Shown here: in pieces, positions 57,720-64,000 of the stretch
How positions within the stretch are numbered: position 1 is the stretch's first letter
Layout of the letters: every line of letters begins with the position of its first letter
Assembly (NCBI GenBank): GCA_039919015.1
Contig: JBDSGK010000017.1
Location: 17,380 to 81,379, forward strand
Length of the DNA stretch: 64,000 nucleotides
Origin: Ferruginibacter sp.
Lineage (GTDB): Bacteria; Bacteroidota; Bacteroidia; Chitinophagales; Chitinophagaceae
Direction: 5' to 3'
The notes under the pieces: generated by a model
What the model was told of the DNA's origin: nothing
The model's input: the letters and a program-made list of their open reading frames with translations, nothing else
Databases searched by the model: none
Program-made: the position numbers and the translations under genes

Positions 57720-57974
57720 ATGTTATTTCGACGAAAGGAAAGATCTATATCAATTCAAAAGTAAAAATTAAAAAATACTTATTGCTGCAGTCTTTTGACT
57801 TTTGCCTTTTTACTTTTGACTTTTTTAGCCGATGATGTTTTGTTTGTCAAAAAAACAATAAATGTTTAACCTGGATGAATAGAAACTGAAATAGGCTAAA
57901 CAAACTGTTTTATTTTTTATTTTTCCTAAACCTTTAATTAATTGTTGTGTTGTAAAGAAAAACTAAAAACATTT

Positions 57975-58529
57975 ATGCAAAACAAATTCTTATCATTAGC
58001 AGCCATTGCCGGGTTCGGCATCATGGCATTAACTGCCTGCAACAGCGGCGAGACCACAACAGCAGAAACGACATCAGTCGATACTGTAAAAGAAGTAATG
58101 GCACCGCCAGCAGCTCCAAAGGACATAGTGGATGTAGCAATTGGTTCTACTGATCATACTACATTGGTTGCCGCAGTAACCGCAGCAGGTCTTGTTGAAA
58201 CATTAAAAGGCGCAGGCCCTTTTACCGTATTTGCTCCTACCAATGCAGCGTTTGCAGCATTGCCTGCAGGAACAGTTGAAGGATTATTAAAACCCGAAAG
58301 CAAGGATGCGCTTACAAAGATACTAACCTACCATGTAGTTGCAGGTGCAGTAAAGGCAGCAGATCTAAAAGATGGTCAGAAAGTAAAAACACTACAAGGT
58401 GAAGAGCTGACAGTTTCTATTAAGGATGGCAAAGTGATGATAAACGGTGCTCATGTTACTGCCGCAGATCTTACCGGATCAAATGGAGTGGTGCATGTAA
58501 TTGATGCGGTATTGATGCCGAAAAAATAA
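57975..58529 (+). CDS. Fasciclin domain lipoprotein
   Basis: Lipobox LTAC; [20 protein letters not shown] and [13 protein letters not shown]. Confidence 0.93.
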   Translation: MQNKFLSLAAIAGFGIMALTACNSGETTTAETTSVDTVKEVMAPPAAPKDIVDVAIGSTDHTTLVAAVTAAGLVETLKGAGPFTVFAPTNAAFAALPAGTVEGLLKPESKDALTKILTYHVVAGAVKAADLKDGQKVKTLQGEELTVSIKDGKVMINGAHVTAADLTGSNGVVHVIDAVLMPKK

Positions 58530-58556
58530 TTTTTGTTTGTTTAATTATTATAAATG

Positions 58557-58593
58557 AAAGGGAATCAGTTAAACTGATTCCCTTTATTTTTTT
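58557..58593 (+). terminator. Intrinsic terminator after the fasciclin gene
   Basis: AAAGGGAATCAG-TTAAA-CTGATTCCCTTT followed by a T tail. Confidence 0.85.
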
Positions 58594-58689
58594 AGTCAGG
58601 CTGTGTACAAAATATATTGCAACAAAAATGCATCCTGGTTGTTATTACCATATCTACCTGCCTAACAAATTCATTTTAAACAACCCAGT

Positions 58690-58872
58690 ATGACAAAAAA
58701 ATTATCAACCGCTGATGTGCTTTTATTACTCGCTGCATTTCTTTCCCTCATCTTTTCAGAAATTTTGTGGTTTAAAGGCGAAGAGCATGCTGCCATTTTT
58801 ATTGGCCTTTGGGTTCCTTCCATACTTGGCTTTGCTGTATTTTTTAAACTCGTAAACATGCCAAAAAAATGA
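58690..58872 (+). CDS. Small two-TM membrane protein
   Basis: 60 aa; AIFIGLWVPSIL hydrophobic motif. Confidence 0.7.
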   Translation: MTKKLSTADVLLLLAAFLSLIFSEILWFKGEEHAAIFIGLWVPSILGFAVFFKLVNMPKK

Positions 58873-58961
58873 TCAAAATAATTCCCTATTTTGCCGGGCT
58901 GATCACACTACTTTTCAGTGTTGGTATGTTTTTAGCAATAAAAACCAAAGAGAAAAATTGA
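58869..58961 (+). CDS. Putative 30-aa single-TM small protein (below the ORF-track cutoff)
   Basis: MIKIIPYFAGLITLLFSVGMFLAIKTKEKN; ATG overlaps the upstream TGA and its TGA overlaps the tspO TTG. Confidence 0.5.
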   Translation: MIKIIPYFAGLITLLFSVGMFLAIKTKEKN

Positions 58962-59428
58962 AATCGCTGGTTTTAAAAATATTTATTTGCGTATTGATTT
59001 GTCTGGCACTGGGCTTGTTGAGCGGCTTCAGCACTGTTGAATCCATTAGCAATTGGTACCGGTTCATCAACAAACCGGTATGGAATCCACCCAACTGGGT
59101 TTTTGGCCCGGTCTGGACCTTGCTTTACATAATGATGGGAATTTCCCTTGCGCTGGTATGGCATACAAACCATCAAAACAAAAAACGGGCAGTTACATTT
59201 TTTGTCATTCAGTTTGTGCTTAATATCGCCTGGTCATTCATTTTTTTTAACCTCCACGCCATCGGATGGGCATTTGCGGAAATAATAATCATGCTTACTT
59301 TAATTGCGATTACCATGGCTGCATTTTACAAGATCAGCAAACCTGCGGCCTGGCTGATGCTTCCCTACCTAATCTGGGTCTCATTTGCAACTATATTGAA
59401 TGGCAGCATATGGTATCTGAATTCCTGA
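58958..59428 (+). CDS. tspO: TspO/MBR family tryptophan-rich sensory protein
   Basis: WY..INKPVWNPPNWVFGPVWTLLY, LNIAWSFIFF and LPYLIWVSFATILN. Confidence 0.95.
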   Translation: MKSLVLKIFICVLICLALGLLSGFSTVESISNWYRFINKPVWNPPNWVFGPVWTLLYIMMGISLALVWHTNHQNKKRAVTFFVIQFVLNIAWSFIFFNLHAIGWAFAEIIIMLTLIAITMAAFYKISKPAAWLMLPYLIWVSFATILNGSIWYLNS

Positions 59429-59523
59429 CGGTCGATTTATAGTCTTGTTTTTTGCAATCGTTAAAAACAATCGATATAACAAACATTCTTCCTCTCAATT
59501 TGTTATTCATAAAACTACTTATC

Positions 59524-59814
59524 ATGACAAATGAGATAAAACGAAATTTCAACAACCATGGTTATCTTACCATTGAAGCATTGGATGATTTGAAAGAAAA
59601 AGGTTACAGGTATTTACAGGTTCAGGGTTTTACTTTAGATCATCACCCCGAATACATAGAACCTAATTATTTGATGTTGGTGCCAAAAAAGTCTCTGGCT
59701 AACAACAAAAGTGAGATGGATATATATGCTGACATATCCGGTGAAACCATCATCAACTGGGCAAAAAGAGGCGATGACGAAAGCCTTCATGTTTTTCTTG
59801 CTAATGCTGAATAA
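59524..59814 (+). CDS. Hypothetical protein
   Basis: ORF-track frame; ATG 59524 preferred; no family recognised. Confidence 0.5.
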   Translation: MTNEIKRNFNNHGYLTIEALDDLKEKGYRYLQVQGFTLDHHPEYIEPNYLMLVPKKSLANNKSEMDIYADISGETIINWAKRGDDESLHVFLANAE

Positions 59815-59875
59815 AGCGGACTTGTGCCGTAACATTTAATAATTAACTATGAACTTGCAGAATTAATATTTTATC

Positions 59876-60577
59876 ATGAAAAATATTGTTATTGCCGGTG
59901 CCGGAAAAGGTATTGGATTAAGAACCGCAGAACTTCTGCAAAATCAATATCATTTATTTACAATTTCCCGAACCGATACACATCCATTGTCAGCGGTAAA
60001 GAGCAGGTTTTACCAAATTGATCTTTCAAAAGACAGCCTTGATCCGTTGAACGATTTACCCGAATCTGTTGACGGATTGGTTTACTGCCCCGGTTCAATA
60101 AACTTAAAACCGTTTAACAGGTTGAGCCCACAGGATTTTTTAAATGACTTTAATCAAAATGTTTTGGGAGCTGTAACGCTTATTCAAAAACTGCTGCCTA
60201 ATCTGAAAAAAACAAACAGCTCAAGTATTGTATTGTTCAGTACAGTTGCAGCAAAACTGGGGATGCCTTTTCATGCATCTGTTGCCACTGCAAAAGCTGC
60301 AATTGAAGGACTGGCAAAAAGCCTGGCAGCTGAATTTGCGGCATCCAAGATCAGGGTGAATGTAATTGCACCATCACTTACTGATACGCCACTTGCCGGA
60401 TCATTATTAAATACTGATGAAAAAAAAGAAGCTTCTGCCAAAAGGCATCCATTGCAGCGGATTGGCAGTACCGGGGACATGGCAAAGCTCGTTTCGTTTC
60501 TATTAAGCGATGACAGCAGTTGGATTACCGGGCAAGTGATTGGTGTTGACGGTGGCATGGGAAGTTTGAAAACATAG
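59876..60577 (+). CDS. Short-chain dehydrogenase/reductase
   Basis: IAGAGKGIG, PGSINL, HASVATAKAAIEG and IRVNVIAPS. Confidence 0.92.
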   Translation: MKNIVIAGAGKGIGLRTAELLQNQYHLFTISRTDTHPLSAVKSRFYQIDLSKDSLDPLNDLPESVDGLVYCPGSINLKPFNRLSPQDFLNDFNQNVLGAVTLIQKLLPNLKKTNSSSIVLFSTVAAKLGMPFHASVATAKAAIEGLAKSLAAEFAASKIRVNVIAPSLTDTPLAGSLLNTDEKKEASAKRHPLQRIGSTGDMAKLVSFLLSDDSSWITGQVIGVDGGMGSLKT

Positions 60578-60671
60578 TTCAAAGTACAGCCGGTTTTCTT
60601 TCACAAATTATATAATCTTATTTTTTCTTCCCTAATCCAAAACTTAACTTGCACTCAAATATTCTTATCAT

Positions 60672-61142
60672 TTGAGTGTAATTCATATTTATACTGATGG
60701 TTCATCCCGTGGAAACCCTGGCCCCGGGGGCTTTGGCGTTATCCTCATGTACAATAAGCATCGCAAAGAGATCTCAAAAGGATTTCGTCATACTACTAAT
60801 AATCGTATGGAATTGTTAGCCGTTATCACGGGGGTGGAAGCCATTACCAAAAAAGAATTACCGGTAATTGTTTATTCTGATAGCCAGTACGTGGTAAGGG
60901 CCATTGAAGAAGGTTGGTTAAAGACATGGATAAAAAACAATTTCAAAGGAGGTAAAAAAAACAAGGACCTCTGGACAAGATACTATCAGCTCTCCCAAAA
61001 AATAAATGTGAAATTAAAATGGGTTAAGGGCCATGCCGATAATCCTTTTAATAACCGCTGTGATGAACTGGCTACAACTGCTGCCGATGGAAAGAACCTG
61101 GCAGTTGATGAGGGTTATGAAGAAGCTCAGTTGTTGTTATAA
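60672..61142 (+). CDS. rnhA: Ribonuclease HI
   Basis: YTDGSSRGNPGPGG, TTNNRMEL, SDSQYV, KNKDLW and WVKGHA..NNRCDELA; TTG start. Confidence 0.96.
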   Translation: MSVIHIYTDGSSRGNPGPGGFGVILMYNKHRKEISKGFRHTTNNRMELLAVITGVEAITKKELPVIVYSDSQYVVRAIEEGWLKTWIKNNFKGGKKNKDLWTRYYQLSQKINVKLKWVKGHADNPFNNRCDELATTAADGKNLAVDEGYEEAQLLL

Positions 61143-61172
61143 AAAACACCCGCCAAAAATATTTTAATAAAC

Positions 61173-61730
61173 TTAAGCAGTTGCTTTTTTGTTGAACGCA
61201 AAGTTTTGAACCAGGTAATAAGTGCCAAACAAAACGCCACTATAAATCAGGTCAACAATAACAGCTTTCCCTAGGAATGGCACCCCTGCAACAAGACTTT
61301 TAATATATCCATCGAAATTCTGAGGATACAGATGATAAACAGGATTATCAAAAACAAAGAAGGCCGAGTTCGATAAAAAGAAGAACAATAAAGAAGATCC
61401 AACAGAATAACCTGCTACCGTCAACACATGTATCTTTTTCATGCTGAAAGCAATGAAAGTGATCAGGGCTAAGATACAGTATCCAACCAGCTGACCCCAA
61501 CCCCAGAAACCAGGGGCTGTAGTAAAGAGTTCAAACAAAACATCTGCCAGGAACATAGCTAATAAAGGCATTGCAAAAGCCAGCCTTTTATCTTTTATAA
61601 TAGCTCCGGAAAAAATGGCCATAGCAAGTATGGAACTGTAATTATAAGGATACATGAATACCCGGCTTAATGCTGCCAGGATGATCAATAAGGCTGCTAT
61701 AATTAATGTAGATCTGTTTTGTTTGTTCAT
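61173..61730 (-). CDS. DUF6580-like putative transporter membrane protein
   Basis: LAALSR..YNYS..LAMAIFSG, SSLLFFFLSN and Y.AGVPF; 5-6 TM helices. Confidence 0.7.
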   Translation of the reverse strand: MNKQNRSTLIIAALLIILAALSRVFMYPYNYSSILAMAIFSGAIIKDKRLAFAMPLLAMFLADVLFELFTTAPGFWGWGQLVGYCILALITFIAFSMKKIHVLTVAGYSVGSSLLFFFLSNSAFFVFDNPVYHLYPQNFDGYIKSLVAGVPFLGKAVIVDLIYSGVLFGTYYLVQNFAFNKKATA

Positions 61731-61832
61731 TTTTTAATGTGCTTTGTGCAAAAATAAGCAATAATAGGTTTTCAATAAGCATTTTATATGGGCAATTGTC
61801 CTCATCCTGTTAATTACCTATTGTACTTTTTT

Positions 61833-61965
61833 GAGTGAGTCACCCCCAAAAGGGTGGCTCACTCCTGAATGCAGTGGCGGGCAAGACTTTGTTAAAACAA
61901 TTGATATTGGGATATGGCATTGTATTTATATGCGGAGTGAGCCACCCTATCGGGGTGACTCACTC
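61833..61965. repeat. REPIN-like element, family C
   Basis: GAGTGAGTCACCCCCAAAAGGGTGGCTCACTCC (61833-61865) and inverted GGAGTGAGCCACCCTATCGGGGTGACTCACTC (61934-61965); each arm is a bulged hairpin. Confidence 0.85.
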
Positions 61966-61987
61966 ATAAAATATTAACTTTGAAACT

Positions 61988-62344
61988 ATGGCACAGCACA
62001 ACCTTACGGGTAATAAAGGCGAAGGCCTGGCAGCGAAATACCTTTCAGAAAAAGGCTATATCATCCTGCACCAAAACTGGCGCCACTCCCATTGGGAAGT
62101 GGATATCATTGCCGAAAAAGAGGGTATCCTGCATTTTATTGAAGTAAAAACAAGGCTTACAAAAAAGTTTGGCCATCCCGAAGACGGGGTTGACAACAAG
62201 AAAATTCAAAACCTGATCAATGCAGCTGAAGAATATCTTTACCTGCAGCCTCAATGGATAAGGATCCAGTTCAATATACTTTCTATAACCATATTGCAAG
62301 GGGAACCCGTGGAGTATTTTTTAATCGAAGATGTATATTTATAA
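61988..62344 (+). CDS. YraN/UPF0102 family PD-(D/E)xK nuclease-like protein
   Basis: GNKGEGLAAKYL..KGY.IL..NWR..EVDIIA..LHFIEVKTR. Confidence 0.92.
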   Translation: MAQHNLTGNKGEGLAAKYLSEKGYIILHQNWRHSHWEVDIIAEKEGILHFIEVKTRLTKKFGHPEDGVDNKKIQNLINAAEEYLYLQPQWIRIQFNILSITILQGEPVEYFLIEDVYL

Positions 62345-62351
62345 TGGATGA

Positions 62352-62852
62352 TCAGGCTTTACTTAATGCCTCCATTTTTTCAACAAGCCTGTAAGTAGCC
62401 GGGCAGTATTCAATGTTTTGCTTATGCACATGCATATAGGTTGTCATTCTCTTTTTGCTCAGGTGCGGAAATCCCGAACAGTCCGTTGGGCGTATCTCGT
62501 AGATAGAACATTTATTATCCTGTAAATTTAAAAACTGGCAGGGCTCGGTCTTATTTAAAATATCCCCGATCCTGTCCTTTCTCAACCACTGTTTGGTAAA
62601 GGCTTCAGGCGTTTGGTTAAAATGTTTTGATATCCGGTTGATATCAGTTTTTGTAAATGTAGGACTCATCGTTTTACAACAGTTGGCACAGCTGAGACAA
62701 TCCACTTCTTTCCAAACTTCGATCTCTACTGAAGCAGCCAGCTTATCAAGTCCCTTGGGTGTTTTCTTCTCTAATTTGGTCAGAAAACTTTTCAGTCTTT
62801 TTTTATTAAACCTTACTTTCTGTTTAAACGAACGAAAATTAACTGCCAGCAT
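62352..62852 (-). CDS. YkgJ/UPF0153 family Cys-cluster protein
   Basis: CLSCANCC, PCQFL, CSIYEIRPTDC.GFPH and YCP. Confidence 0.88.
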   Translation of the reverse strand: MLAVNFRSFKQKVRFNKKRLKSFLTKLEKKTPKGLDKLAASVEIEVWKEVDCLSCANCCKTMSPTFTKTDINRISKHFNQTPEAFTKQWLRKDRIGDILNKTEPCQFLNLQDNKCSIYEIRPTDCSGFPHLSKKRMTTYMHVHKQNIEYCPATYRLVEKMEALSKA

Positions 62853-62945
62853 ATTGTATATTGATAACTAATAACGAAATTCGGTTGCTAAAATAGGATA
62901 TAATTAGTTCTGAGCAACCATCTTAGTTTTTAAAAATGTGTAGGC

Positions 62946-63848
62946 ATGATGTGGGAACCTTATAAAAAAGGATTTAAAGCCTGGCTTCAATTGGAAAAAT
63001 CATTAGCGGCTAACTCCGTTGAGGCTTACCTGCGTGATATTGATAAGCTGACAGATTATTTACAGGCCACTAAAAAAATGATCACCCCGCAGGAACTGGA
63101 ACTGAAAGATCTGGAAAAATTCATACAATGGGTTAGCGAACTGGGGATGACGGTTGCTTCTCAGTCGAGGATCATTTCGGGTTTGCGGAGTTTTTATACC
63201 TATTGTATCATTGAACAGATCGTAACCGTAAACCCAACTGCTTTACTGGAAACGCCCAAACAAAAAAGAAGCCTGCCCGATACCCTGAGCTTTGAAGAGA
63301 TCGAAAGCATTATTGCACAGGTTGACCTCAGCAAGCCCGAAGGGGGCCGTAATAAAGCCATCCTTGAAACCCTGTACAGCTGCGGATTACGGGTGAGTGA
63401 ACTGGTAAACCTGCGCATCAGTTGTTTGTTTTTGGATGTAGGCTTTATAAGGGTGATCGGCAAGGGTGATAAAGAAAGATTAGTACCTATTGGCAGTGCA
63501 GCCATTAAATACATCAACCTGTATAAAAATGAGATAAGGGTACACATGAATATAAAGCCGGGGCAGGAAGATTTTCTTTTTTTGAACCGGAGGGGAAGTA
63601 AACTCAGCCGGGTAATGATCTTTATTATGTTGAAGGAACTGGCTGCAAGCGCAGGGATCCTAAAAAACATTTCACCACATACTTTCCGGCATTCATTTGC
63701 TACACACCTGGTTGAGGGCGGTGCCGACCTGAGGGCCGTGCAGGAAATGCTGGGGCATGAAAGCATTACCACCACTGAAATTTATACACATCTTGACAGG
63801 GAATATTTGAGAAATACATTACACCAGTTTCACCCGGCGTTTAAATAA
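62946..63848 (+). CDS. xerD: Site-specific tyrosine recombinase XerD
   Basis: GLRVSEL (R), GKGDKER (K), HTFRHSFATHL (HxxR), LGH and TEIY (Y); no IntI-type insertion. Confidence 0.93.
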   Translation: MMWEPYKKGFKAWLQLEKSLAANSVEAYLRDIDKLTDYLQATKKMITPQELELKDLEKFIQWVSELGMTVASQSRIISGLRSFYTYCIIEQIVTVNPTALLETPKQKRSLPDTLSFEEIESIIAQVDLSKPEGGRNKAILETLYSCGLRVSELVNLRISCLFLDVGFIRVIGKGDKERLVPIGSAAIKYINLYKNEIRVHMNIKPGQEDFLFLNRRGSKLSRVMIFIMLKELAASAGILKNISPHTFRHSFATHLVEGGADLRAVQEMLGHESITTTEIYTHLDREYLRNTLHQFHPAFK

Positions 63849-63857
63849 GTGCCGCTC

Positions 63858-64000
63858 TTAGGTGTCAGGCCACTACTGGTACTCCTTGAATTTAAAAACT
63901 GTTTTATAAACTAATACTACTTAAAATTAAAATCTAATGGCAGTGGCCAGACACCTATACCGGGATCAGGTCATTTAGCAGTCAGGCCACTACTGGTACT
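63858..64000. repeat. Alternating direct/inverted repeat cluster, truncated by the window end
   Basis: GTCAGGCCACTACTGGTACT exact at 63864-63883 and 63981-64000; inverted partial copy AGTGGCCAGACACCTA at 63942-63957. Confidence 0.8.

Noticed and set aside
61731-61832. Cobalamin riboswitch upstream of the DUF6580-like transporter
   Set aside because: The region is AT-rich and lacks the conserved B12-box/GGGAA-type motifs; the nearby structure is a REPIN.
403-63775. Numerous 60-190 aa ORFs antisense to or overlapping the called genes
   Set aside because: They are shadows of well-supported genes on the other strand or frame and show no recognisable motifs.
62946-63848. xerD as the integron integrase for the cassette-like units
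   Set aside because: It has a standard XerD length and motifs, lacks the IntI-specific insertion before the HxxR box, and lies far from the cassettes among housekeeping genes.
63858-64000. CRISPR array
   Set aside because: Only two direct copies with a period of 117 nt and an inverted copy between them; no cas genes in the window.
1-64000. rRNA, tRNA, tmRNA, RNase P RNA, IS transposases, prophage genes
   Set aside because: No matching conserved motifs were seen by eye; a covariance-model scan (Infernal/tRNAscan-SE) would be needed to exclude small RNAs definitively.

Overview
A 64-kb, mostly housekeeping chromosomal segment of a Bacteroidota bacterium. Gene content, TAnnTTTG promoter boxes and lipoprotein-rich accessory genes suggest Chitinophagaceae; this is my inference, not a database result. 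About 65 CDS are present, including etfA, ispE, rocD, a thrC-like gene, miaB-sigma54 activator-lptE-secG-mltG, lpdA, rnhA and xerD. I found no rRNA, tRNA, CRISPR array or transposase. Most notable observations: (1) three AT-rich single-gene units bounded by complementary GTTRRRY / RYYYAAC ends and attC-like hairpins, resembling integron cassettes but with no IntI in the window (27.17-28.38 kb and 42.42-43.28 kb); (2) several families of REP/REPIN-like inverted repeats, some with nested mini-palindromes, and one inserted in frame inside miaB; (3) a translationally coupled UbiA prenyltransferase-type III PKS-methyltransferase-flavoprotein operon divergent from a DM13-OM barrel-YceI operon; (4) an Omp85-type barrel fused to a HipA/PI3K-like kinase domain; (5) an orphan gene between two identical 29-bp terminators, plus several unusual small proteins. 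Product calls come from motif recognition by eye.
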